From Amoeboradix gromovi X-113 (Eukaryota > Fungi > Sanchytriomycota), in NCBI GenBank assembly GCA_018985225.1, contig JADGIF010000067.1:1-23719 (forward strand): DNA of 23,719 nucleotides, in the 5' to 3' direction. Under the pieces are notes generated by a model. The model searched no databases, was not told the origin of the DNA, and was given only the letters and a program-made list of their open reading frames with translations. Below are positions 1-8,528 of the stretch, one piece after another. The translations under genes were made by a program, and so were the position numbers. How positions within the stretch are numbered: position 1 is the first letter of the stretch; the number at the start of each line of letters is the position of its first letter.

Positions 1-368
1 TCTCTAATAGCCGCATGCGGACAGCTTCCTGTTTGCACAGCTACGATACGACCGGCTGGCAGTGCTAAATTTTTTTGCAAAAATTCGCCATCTTCTTTGG
101 TGAAAATATCATTTGTAATAACTGCCATCTCCAGACGATCCTTCAAATTTTGACACAGTCTTAGTGCCAATGCGGTTTTACCTGACCCCACTGGACCTGC
201 TATTCCAACAGTAAACGCTCTATCTTTGAAATCACGATCAAGAGGTTTAGCTCGAGTACTAAATTCACCTCGAGTAAGAGGGTCATGGCGATGTCCGTGT
301 GAATGAGAACCGACATCGTGGCTGTGTGAATGCTCATGAGATTTGGAGGTTGTAAAAGGGACTTGCAT
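1..368 (-). CDS. ureG: Urease accessory GTPase UreG, 5' part (runs off the left edge; absent from the ORF track)
   Basis: Manual translation from ATG 368: [30 protein letters not shown]...[16 protein letters not shown]...[16 protein letters not shown]...[13 protein letters not shown]. Shows the P-loop, TNDIFT, the CPH metal-binding motif and the His-rich N-terminus of eukaryotic UreG. Confidence 0.95.
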   Translation of the reverse strand, partial: MQVPFTTSKSHEHSHSHDVGSHSHGHRHDPLTRGEFSTRAKPLDRDFKDRAFTVGIAGPVGSGKTALALRLCQNLKDRLEMAVITNDIFTKEDGEFLQKNLALPAGRIVAVQTGSCPHAAIR

Positions 369-399
369 GTTTTACGGGTTTACGAATATCCAAAAATAT

Positions 400-1083
400 T
401 TATTGAACTTTAAGTTTGTCATATCCGCAATCATACATGACCTGCACGATAAATATCTTCTCATCAGGGTCATAATAGTTGAACACTTTCTCAATATCCA
501 GCTCCTGGCTGGGTATCTTTACTGCAATAGTTTCATAGGGCTCAGCCGCAATCAACAAATACTGCCAACTCTTATCTGCCTGTTCATTGCGCTGTTCGTA
601 TGAACTCATAAACCTATGGAGAGGCTCAACTCCCTGTTTAATTTTAGGAAACTCGGCTTGGATTAATATTCCAAATTTAAGACTCTCTGGATCTTTTATT
701 TTGGTTATTTTATATGAAGGTTTGCCACATTTAACGAATCTTTTTTTGGGTTTTCTACTCTCGGCTATAGCTTTTTTTTCAAATAATCCCAGACCAGCAA
801 CGCTCGTGCTGAGGTAGGCTTCTTTCGCAGAGCGCCTGTTAATATTCATCTGGTGTTTTTTGCCTTGAGTATGAATAAGATAGCTGCCTTCATTGCTATG
901 TATTGTAAGACACAATTTGCATTCAAACGTACCCAAATGGTTTTTTAAAAAGAACGGATCTGATTTCAAATCCGCTGAGTCCAGTGCTAGCTTCTTTAGT
1001 CTTTCCTTTCTGTTTTGTTGCAATTCATCCTTTCTAGCCAAAGCAGATGCTCCTTTTGATCCGACACGATTTTGACGATCCAT
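400..1083 (-). CDS. SF3A2: Splicing factor 3A subunit 2 (SF3a66/Prp11/Sap62)
   Basis: MDRQNRVGSKG...DPFFLKNHLGTFECKLCLTIHSNEGSYLIHTQGKKHQ (matrin-type zinc finger), RFMSSYEQ, QYLLIAAEPYETIA. First ATG is at 1083; the ORF-track start at 1116 is TTG. Confidence 0.95.
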   Translation of the reverse strand: MDRQNRVGSKGASALARKDELQQNRKERLKKLALDSADLKSDPFFLKNHLGTFECKLCLTIHSNEGSYLIHTQGKKHQMNINRRSAKEAYLSTSVAGLGLFEKKAIAESRKPKKRFVKCGKPSYKITKIKDPESLKFGILIQAEFPKIKQGVEPLHRFMSSYEQRNEQADKSWQYLLIAAEPYETIAVKIPSQELDIEKVFNYYDPDEKIFIVQVMYDCGYDKLKVQ

Positions 1084-1354
1084 TGTTTGAGTTAATATGG
1101 AGAAGATGAATGCCAAGCATATTTTCTTAAGCAGAAAATTTCGGGAGGCAATTCATTGTGAATATTTTGAACACAATAACAAGCATTAATGTTGCATTTT
1201 GTAGTATTCTAATTGCATTTCTATGTAGACAGAAGAATAGGTAAAATAGCTTGTGGACCGAAGCAAGAATGTGCAGGCGTTACAAATTCGAAATATTTAC
1301 TGTCGGTAAACTAAATTGCAAGCCTTGAGCTTCAATAACTCCGAAGTAAATGCC

Positions 1355-3199
1355 TCACCCGAGCTTGGCTCCCCTCTGCCAGGACTGATAGATTTCCAAT
1401 ACTAAATGAATGCAAAATACCATGCTAACCAATTCATGTTCCTCTTTCGTGAACTTCAAACTCCTGAACAGCAACTCATACAGAATCGGACAATTTGCCA
1501 ATTGCAAGGTGCTTGACCAATCCTCAAAGTATACGTCATAGTCAACTGCAAGCCATAGAATTACCTGACTGGACAAGCTATCCATCTTATTTTGGTTATA
1601 AATTTGCAGCTTTTGGATTTCGGATGGACTTATCTTCTCCTTTAGCAAGATCATGGCAAGCAGCTTGTATTGGATGTAGTCATCGTTGCAAACCATTTTG
1701 GCATCCTCATATCTCCTCGATAAGAACAAGTGGTTGATTAAGATCTCCACAACTGAATGCTTTACAACCATCACTCTGAGTAACTCATCTGATAAATCAA
1801 ATAGTCCCATCTCATCGTACATATAAACTGCGCTTTCGATATCGCCTCGGTTTACAATGCTGTAATGTCGCATCAATTCATCTAGATATTGATCTTGTTT
1901 TAGCTTGAAGTACAAAAACATAGTGCTCTGCAAGTTGCCTAGCTTTTGGCACCTGTACAGACTCGTGTCAACATGACCTAGGTAGTTTTCGCATACAGCT
2001 ACTTCGAACTCGCAGCATTCTGGTAGAGTCAAGAACAATTCAAAAGCTTGGTCGTATTGCTTAATCAGCACCAGATATCGGCCATACAATACCTTGCCCT
2101 GCAGTGTATCATGGTATACTAGAACTTGATCATAATAGAACTGTAGGGACCATTCATCATTTGACACTTTTGCTAAAAATATTGAGTTTTTGATTGCATC
2201 AAAATAAGGAACCTTCTGGTTCAAAGATAGGATGCTGTTGAAGTTCTTTTGAAGAGCGAACTCTCTAATCTTGTTGCACATGTCAGAATAGCACTTTTCA
2301 AAAGATTCTTGTCTCACTGTTTGATTTAGTATGTGCTTGAATGCTCTTTTGTACTTTTCTGTAATGCCTAGACACTCTAACTTATCCTTGAAAACCTGAT
2401 AGTCTTGCTTATCGACAACTCTGTCTTGAGTACCGAACATCAACTTGTGAATTTCATGTATTTCATTCATTAACTCTTCGCTTAGATTTTGAATTACTTT
2501 TGAATAGTCATATTTTGGTAGTTTAATAGCCTTTTCATCAATGGTGCCTAAAACTGCTGAAGTTCTAAACACAGGTTCATAGGAAACAATTTGAATCAAC
2601 CACTTCGAGCTTCCTTTTAAAATCAAGGTACATTTTTCCAACTTGGCATCGTAATCTATCTGCCATTTCAATTCCGTAAGCAATTCAGAGTCAAATTTGA
2701 TCTCAAATGGTTTATTAAATGCTAGCAAGTCCTTAAAGTACGACTTTTTAACTATCAAATATGGTGTGTCGTATTTCTTGAAAGCAATCTTTTCAAAATA
2801 TTTTAATCCCTCTTCAATAGGTAATTCTTTTAGTGTTACCTCATCATTAAGGCTCACTGTGGACCTGTTTTTTTCCTTGAAATGGTGGGAAGACCCAATT
2901 TCCGTGCAGTTGGTTGTTTCTACAACTACATTTAATAGACTGATTCTGGAGATTGGAATGGTAGAGTATAAAGTCTTGAAGCTCAAAATGTAGTGTTCCA
3001 ACACCCTTATCGTCAATTTGTACGAATCTAATTCAAATTTTGGGCTTGGATACACTTCAATACACCTATCAATTAACTTTATTTTTATCTTAACTGTCCA
3101 GTCAATTTCGACTTCAAGTTCGAGTCTATTGCCAACTTCATAGTTTTGACCAGCAATTTCTATTTCTGCATATTCCGAAGATGAAAATTCTAACTTCAT
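1355..3199 (-). CDS. 614-aa protein with beta-rich N-terminus and helical/TPR-like C-terminus; weak by-eye resemblance to ciliary CFAP70/TTC18
   Basis: Long ATG-initiated ORF. TPR-like segments such as YGRYLVLIKQYDQAFELF. The CFAP70 resemblance rests on DYSKVIQNLSEELMNEIHEIHKLMFG and LGITEKYKRAFKHILNQTVRQE and is unverified. The 3' end may be changed by a tiny intron (1402-1420). Confidence 0.6.
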   Translation of the reverse strand: MKLEFSSSEYAEIEIAGQNYEVGNRLELEVEIDWTVKIKIKLIDRCIEVYPSPKFELDSYKLTIRVLEHYILSFKTLYSTIPISRISLLNVVVETTNCTEIGSSHHFKEKNRSTVSLNDEVTLKELPIEEGLKYFEKIAFKKYDTPYLIVKKSYFKDLLAFNKPFEIKFDSELLTELKWQIDYDAKLEKCTLILKGSSKWLIQIVSYEPVFRTSAVLGTIDEKAIKLPKYDYSKVIQNLSEELMNEIHEIHKLMFGTQDRVVDKQDYQVFKDKLECLGITEKYKRAFKHILNQTVRQESFEKCYSDMCNKIREFALQKNFNSILSLNQKVPYFDAIKNSIFLAKVSNDEWSLQFYYDQVLVYHDTLQGKVLYGRYLVLIKQYDQAFELFLTLPECCEFEVAVCENYLGHVDTSLYRCQKLGNLQSTMFLYFKLKQDQYLDELMRHYSIVNRGDIESAVYMYDEMGLFDLSDELLRVMVVKHSVVEILINHLFLSRRYEDAKMVCNDDYIQYKLLAMILLKEKISPSEIQKLQIYNQNKMDSLSSQVILWLAVDYDVYFEDWSSTLQLANCPILYELLFRSLKFTKEEHELVSMVFCIHLVLEIYQSWQRGAKLG

Positions 3200-3358
3200 A
3201 CAAGTGAAACGGCCTTGAATATAGTAGCACTACAGTCGTAATAATAAAAGATTTCACGGCTTATTTCTGGTCTTTAATTCCAGTGGGCATTTACTGTCTA
3301 CCAACTACAACGAAAAATACATAAAAACTTTGTTTTTGGAACAAGGGTAACTGTTTGT

Positions 3359-3712
3359 ATGCTACCTTCTCATGTGCTAGAAAATAGCTGTGGTCATCTG
3401 GTCAGTATTGAGTGCAAAAATGGTGACTTTTATAATGGAGTCTTAGATAAGTGTGATCATTTCATGAACTGTAAAGTCAAGGATGGCATTATAATCAAAA
3501 CCAGTTCTCTTCCACCAACACAATTAAAAGCTGCAGTTGTATTTGTCAAAGGTAGCTCAATTAAATGTATTCGTCTAAGTAAGGATTGTTTAGATAAACC
3601 AAAAACTGATAAGAAGCAGTTCAGCAGGAAAAGAGGCGGTCAGAGGGGAGGGTCTAGAGGTTCTAGAGGCAGAGGACGTGGTAGAAGCCGTAATAATACA
3701 AATAAATCTTGA
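3359..3712 (+). CDS. LSM4: U6 snRNA-associated Sm-like protein Lsm4
   Basis: MLP...IECKNGDFYNGVLDKCDHFMN (Sm1), VKGSSIKCIRL (Sm2) and an RG/RGG-rich tail. SmD3 is the less likely alternative. Confidence 0.8.
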   Translation: MLPSHVLENSCGHLVSIECKNGDFYNGVLDKCDHFMNCKVKDGIIIKTSSLPPTQLKAAVVFVKGSSIKCIRLSKDCLDKPKTDKKQFSRKRGGQRGGSRGSRGRGRGRSRNNTNKS

Positions 3713-4611
3713 AGTTGGCAGGTTTTAGTTTTAATTGAATAAATCGTTTATTATGATTACATAAATTTTATCGTTCCTATGCCAAATCTTAGACATATAA
3801 CTTTAGTCCAATCCAGATAAGACTAATCTCATCTCGACAAGGATTCAGCTCAATGGATTAATCTGAATACTACGGCAATTTGACTTAAGAGATGGGACAC
3901 CAAATATAAAAACTAGACTAACTCGTTTTTAAAGGAGGTGCTCCATACGGAGGAAATCATTATTTAAAGATCTTCTTATATTATACCAATTTTCTTTCAT
4001 TGATTGTATTCCTCTTTTTAAAATAAAAGTAGAAGACCCTACATCTCTTTCAAATATATGAGGTCTTGTGCATCTAAGTAAAAGGTGCATTTTCTTGGAC
4101 GGTACTCTTTTCTAGAGTCATTTTGTAATGTTATACTAACATCATTACTCTTATCTATTTTAGTTTTTACAGAGTAATAGTGATATTTTATTTGAAATAA
4201 AGATTGGATGAAAGAGTAAGAGATACAAAAAGTTATTTATAAAAGTTATTTATTCTCCTTTCATACTCGTCAACTCCGCAACTAGCTGAATGTCCACTCG
4301 CCTTTTAAATCCATAAAGTAATAAAGCTGAAATAATGTTCCAAGTTGTTACAGAAAGTTAGTCCAGTTTTTATATTTGATGTCCCATATGTAGACTATAA
4401 ATTGTGTATGTGCAGCTTGGCTATTTTCTTGAATAAATCATTTATCGCAAATTTGTATGCATTTTTGTATAATTTCAAGACTTTTCCAGATTTTTCTAAT
4501 AGCTTAAACACTCGATATTCTTCCTCTTCGCAATGGTAAATCAATTCTAAAGAAATAACTAGCAGGTACAGCATACATTCGTCTCAGACTGAGGAACTGG
4601 TCCAAACACGA

Positions 4612-4835
4612 AAATTCGATGCCATGTATAATATATGGCACTCTAGAGAAAACCAATTTGGAGAGCTATTCATGTACATAGTGTCATTTCGAAGTGGACA
4701 TGGACCATATGGCACCAAGGAACAAATTCGATGCCATTTACAATATGTGGTACTCTAAAGAAAACCAACTTAGAAACCTACACTTGTACCAACTGTCGTA
4801 TGGAAATAGATAGAGACCATATGGCAGCAAGGAAC
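4612..4835 (+). repeat. Diverged tandem duplication (2 x 112 bp) of the zinc finger/RuvC-III coding segment in copy A
   Basis: Units 4612-4723 and 4724-4835 both start AAATTCGATGCCAT and end GACCATATGGCA(C/G)CAAGGAAC. They translate as MPCIIYGTLEKTNLESYSCT*CHFEVDMDHMAPRN and MPFTICGTLKKTNLETYTCTNCRMEIDRDHMAARN. Confidence 0.9.
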
Positions 4836-4859
4836 ATATACATCAAGTATATGCATCCT

Positions 4860-4976
4860 TATTCAATCCCGCCTCAGGGTAGTGAAAGCGTGAGCGATCA
4901 CTGTAACGGAGAAACTAGCATTAGTTTTTCTGTGGAAATTCTCGATTTTCTCGGAATCAGGACTTTTAACGAGGAG
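4860..4976 (+). ncRNA. Putative omegaRNA scaffold (3' part), copy A; guide would be the flank after ~4973-4976
   Basis: Three consecutive stem-loops (4881-4902, 4906-4933, 4939-4962) are conserved in copies C and E and lie just before the point where the copies diverge. This position matches TnpB/Fanzor omegaRNAs. The 5' boundary is unknown. Confidence 0.6.
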
Positions 4977-5133
4977 TCAATGAAAATAAAAAATTTCAAG
5001 TTTCTTTGCAATTAGAAAAATCTGGAAAGAGACAACATTGGAGTGATATAGCTAATGTAATCACGATAAATGGCTTATTAAATAAAAATTGAACACTGTA
5101 TTTTTTGATTTGTTCTCCAAGTTTTGTCTTTCG

Positions 5134-5913
5134 ATGTCATGCATCATTGCAAATTCATCTGGTACGATACTCTGTGCTAGTTTACCTCATCAAAAGCACT
5201 TAAAAAATGTCCTAAGATTTGTCAAAAAGCAAAGTCCAAATATGGCGTTAATAGACCAAAAATATTACTACTATAATAATACGGTTACAATAATTTTAGA
5301 GATAGCAAATGTACCGAAGTTAATGGCCGTTAATGCTTTATATGCCATAAATTCTGCGTTCCTTGCTCAGTTTCAAAGCGTAGACAATGCTAGGCCATTT
5401 AGCTGCTTTGGTTTTGAATCTGATTTGGGTGCTATTTTGATGAAGATGAAGAACGGACAATTGCCTGTGCAGGATCAAAACATCAATATCCCCAATTTGA
5501 CAATGGATAGTAGATCTAGCGTGCTTGGAACTGCAGAGACGGGGTTGCCATTGCCCAATACTACAAAGTTAAACGTTCAAAACACCCACTATATTCATAT
5601 ACTGTTGATATTGTTTCCTGTTCTTGGTATCACTTTGAATGACTTCTTACTAGAACCTCATTTTGTGTTTACTTTGTATCATATCTTGCTTATGCCTTAT
5701 TCAATTTATGTGCTCTATGGTACATACAATAGTTCAACATTTGCACCATTTTATGGATTTGCTTATCTGTTAGCATTGGCTGCTTATGTCACTTTGTGTC
5801 TGATTAGGGCGTTTATGGTTGGGGTTCATAAAATACCATTTGGTATAGCTTTGCTAGTATATTCTGTATACTTTGTTATGCCGCAAAAAAGATCATATAG
5901 TAAAATAGAATAA
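5134..5913 (+). CDS. Longin-domain protein with about 4 C-terminal hydrophobic segments (Sec22/VAMP7-type N-terminus, no evident SNARE coil)
   Basis: CIIANSSGTILCAS...YYYYNNTVTIILEIANVPKLMAVNALYAINSAF...ARPFSCFGFESDL fits the longin pattern. First ATG is at 5134; the ORF-track start at 5089 is TTG. Confidence 0.6.
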   Translation: MSCIIANSSGTILCASLPHQKHLKNVLRFVKKQSPNMALIDQKYYYYNNTVTIILEIANVPKLMAVNALYAINSAFLAQFQSVDNARPFSCFGFESDLGAILMKMKNGQLPVQDQNINIPNLTMDSRSSVLGTAETGLPLPNTTKLNVQNTHYIHILLILFPVLGITLNDFLLEPHFVFTLYHILLMPYSIYVLYGTYNSSTFAPFYGFAYLLALAAYVTLCLIRAFMVGVHKIPFGIALLVYSVYFVMPQKRSYSKIE

Positions 5914-5966
5914 ATAGGCTAATTAAATTTTTTTTAATTTTTTGTATTCCTTTATTCCCTTGCAAC

Positions 5967-6599
5967 ATGGTTGATATGTGGGATCAGTTGGATAATGAAC
6001 ATATTGCGATGACTGAAAGTATGCATACACGGCAACTGAATGCGTACTACCCAGACCACTTTTCTACTCAGACTGCAGACTGTATTGCTTTCAATAAGTT
6101 GCTAAACGCAAACAGAAATAAGTCCTATTGCGACGTGTATGGTAATGTAAAGCAAGTGCCCATGCAAAACTTGAAGGTAAACATTTATTATAAGCCCGGA
6201 AATGATAACGGAATTTCATACGAATATAAAAATTTTGACCTCCCTGTTGGTAGAATAGATGCTACAGAGAGGGTCTTGAGAGAGGAACCGACTAATCCTG
6301 TTTATAACAAATATACCAAAAAAGATGATAATGGCGATGGTGACTGGTTCAAAGTGCCGCAAACAGCAAACTATTCAAAGCATCCAATAGCATTGTTACC
6401 TCATCAACAGCAAGATCAATGGCCAATTGATCCATTTCGGTTTGGAAGCAAATCCTCTTCTTTGTCTCTGCCTAATAGACAAGTTGTAGGTTACTCTAGT
6501 CTTGGCAAGATTGAAGATATCAAGACTGAAGAGGTATCTGTTCCTAAGCCTACCGGAAACTCGGGAGCCTCCAGTTATTATCCTTGGCCACGCAAATAA
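5967..6599 (+). CDS. Hypothetical protein, 210 aa
   Basis: ATG-initiated ORF that fills the gap between neighbours, with a CCCTTG motif just upstream. No family recognised. Confidence 0.6.
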   Translation: MVDMWDQLDNEHIAMTESMHTRQLNAYYPDHFSTQTADCIAFNKLLNANRNKSYCDVYGNVKQVPMQNLKVNIYYKPGNDNGISYEYKNFDLPVGRIDATERVLREEPTNPVYNKYTKKDDNGDGDWFKVPQTANYSKHPIALLPHQQQDQWPIDPFRFGSKSSSLSLPNRQVVGYSSLGKIEDIKTEEVSVPKPTGNSGASSYYPWPRK

Positions 6600-6615
6600 A
6601 TTGATAAACTTTAAT

Positions 6616-8475
6616 TTATTTAATCCATTTTATCAAATCGTTTCTTCGCAAAAGTCCCTTAAACTCACCCTTTTCAAGTACAACTATATACTGCAATCCT
6701 AATCTTTGGAAAAGCCTTAATACTTGCTCCATTTTATAATCAACACCAACCGTAATTGGAGTCAGGTTGATCCATGGTCTCATTATTATTCCATCTCCAC
6801 CAGAATCGAAAAACACCCTTTTATTTTCACTGAAGTAACTCAGCCCTTGTAACACGTCATCTTTATATAGAATGCCTATGAATTTGCTTTTACTATTAAT
6901 TATCGGGAATACAAATTCGTCCCCATTTAGCACCTCATACAAGTCATTCAAGTATATCCCATCTGGTATAGCTGTTATATTACTGACCATGATCTGCCCA
7001 ATCTTCACCGCACTGGAAATCTCTAATTTGTTGTCTATGTATGGATAATTCAAGTGTTTTATAAACTCCAGTGTTAATCCATTTTTGATAAAGTAATCCG
7101 ATGCATACTTACTGCTTGTAACTGCTATTAGCATGGGTATTACATAGTTGAGTTTTCCAGAGAGTTCCATCATTATTATAATGGTAGAAACAGTCAACTT
7201 AGTAACTCCAGTAAAGAATGCAGCGCTGCCAATTAGCGCATACAGTCCTGGTGTTATGCATTCGTCTGTATCCAACACGCATGAATGAAAATAGAGGGGT
7301 ATAATGTTTTTTAAATATCCAACTAGTATTCCAATAATCCTACCATAAATAGCCCCGCTAGTCATTATCGCCACATAATAACCACCAGGAAAGTGTCCGT
7401 ACGTTGTCAATGTACTAGCGTATATAATAGCAAATGCCATCAACAGAGTCAGCATATAATCGTTATCACACAGCAACAAATAATCACTCTCACGGCATTC
7501 CTTAAATAAGTGGCTCATAACAAAAAAAGGATTTAAAATAGTAAATTTATTAAAATATCCAACCATGTTTAATGTGACTAAATGTACAACCATGTATAAG
7601 TTACCATTCATTTCCATTTTAGCCCTAATTTTTATGACTTTCATATTCAATATAATAAACGTAGATCCCAAAACTCCACCCACGATTCCTAGTATAACAA
7701 AGAATGGTATCTCAAATGAATGCCAATCTCTATCCCAGTTAACTGTAAATGTGTTAGGATTGGGGTTCATAAATTTGGATATTGTTGTTGCCATAAAACA
7801 GCCAATAAATGATTTCAATAGCACGCTAATCGGAAAATGAAATGAAGCTTCTTCTAATGAGAATAGAATGCCACCCATATTGCTATTGAAACCAATAGAT
7901 ATTCCAATAGCGCAAGCAACACTTAACATTGAACGAATAGTTGCTTCGTTCTTAATATCAAGGTATTTGGATATATAGCTAAAAATACTGCAGGAAGTAT
8001 GTACCAGTACCTCTTGGTAGGATAAATATAGTCCGCTTGAGATAACAAACAACGCACTTTGCGATTTAAATAACGCTGTTTTTAAATTTAGATAATTTTT
8101 AATGGTATATCCACTAAGTATTACTTTTAATTGGGGCAATCCGCTTCCTACTAATAAAATATTGTTTTTCATAAATATAATGCCTATAACTCCCAATACT
8201 ACAGCAATAATTATATACAGAATAAAATGAATAACAGGATTGCTAGAATATAATGTAAAGTCTGAGCAAACAGGTAGCCCGTTGCAACATTTACGGTGAT
8301 TTAAATACCATGTAGTGCAATACCCAATTTTAAGACTATTCATCCACTCTAGAACGATCAAATTAGTACTGCTGACTAATCCAACTACTACACTGCCCAA
8401 TACTACCAGTAATGTGGTATCTTTATGGTGTAGGTACGATAATTGCCACTGCTGGAGCCAGTCAATGGTACGCAT
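6616..8475 (-). CDS. CLC-family chloride channel/transporter (fungal Gef1/ClC-3-like) with two C-terminal CBS domains; atypical selectivity motifs
   Basis: TIDW N-terminus, GSGLPQLKVILSG, GGILFSLEE, WHSFEIPFFVILG, CITPGLYALIGSAA, TVSTIIIMMELSG and a CBS pair. First ATG is at 8475. Confidence 0.9.
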   Translation of the reverse strand: MRTIDWLQQWQLSYLHHKDTTLLVVLGSVVVGLVSSTNLIVLEWMNSLKIGYCTTWYLNHRKCCNGLPVCSDFTLYSSNPVIHFILYIIIAVVLGVIGIIFMKNNILLVGSGLPQLKVILSGYTIKNYLNLKTALFKSQSALFVISSGLYLSYQEVLVHTSCSIFSYISKYLDIKNEATIRSMLSVACAIGISIGFNSNMGGILFSLEEASFHFPISVLLKSFIGCFMATTISKFMNPNPNTFTVNWDRDWHSFEIPFFVILGIVGGVLGSTFIILNMKVIKIRAKMEMNGNLYMVVHLVTLNMVGYFNKFTILNPFFVMSHLFKECRESDYLLLCDNDYMLTLLMAFAIIYASTLTTYGHFPGGYYVAIMTSGAIYGRIIGILVGYLKNIIPLYFHSCVLDTDECITPGLYALIGSAAFFTGVTKLTVSTIIIMMELSGKLNYVIPMLIAVTSSKYASDYFIKNGLTLEFIKHLNYPYIDNKLEISSAVKIGQIMVSNITAIPDGIYLNDLYEVLNGDEFVFPIINSKSKFIGILYKDDVLQGLSYFSENKRVFFDSGGDGIIMRPWINLTPITVGVDYKMEQVLRLFQRLGLQYIVVLEKGEFKGLLRRNDLIKWIK

Positions 8476-8528
8476 CAAGGAGAACCTGATGCCGATCGCC
8501 AGTTAGTGTAATGATATAGAATAATTTA

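Larger units (their letters stand above)
4146..4976 (+). mobile_element. Non-autonomous Fanzor2/TnpB-derived element, copy A
   Basis: 4146-4576 aligns to the reverse complement of 23300-23719. 4411-4976 aligns to 15907-16475. Encodes ...CGTLKKTNLETYTCTNCRMEIDRDHMAARNI (zinc finger plus RuvC-III). Shared 3' end ATCAGGACTTTTAACGAGGAG. The true left end is unknown. Confidence 0.85.

Noticed and set aside
1230-1385. U1 snRNA-like words on the minus strand (CCTGGCAGAGGGGAG, GGGTGAGGC, AATTTGT)
   Set aside because: Lacks the 5' ACTTAC splice-site-pairing sequence and the GATCAC and ATTGCAC loops, and overlaps a CDS end; treated as chance pending an Rfam scan.
4345-4539. Repeated small ORF MLQKVSPVFIFD... 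(also 15849-16046 and 23344-23532)
   Set aside because: Non-ATG starts and different ends in each copy; the similarity is explained by the DNA repeat.
4612-4835. CRISPR-like array
   Set aside because: Only two contiguous 112-bp units with no spacers, derived from coding sequence; no cas genes are present.
4100-5000. Terminal inverted repeats or target-site duplications for the element
   Set aside because: None could be identified; the left end is not defined within the window (E is cut by the edge and C is truncated).
4731-5015. Small ORFs 4731-5015, 16296-16496 and 22880-23242 as functional mini-nucleases
   Set aside because: They lack RuvC-I and the N-terminal lobes, have stops or frameshifts, and their C-terminal frames differ among copies.
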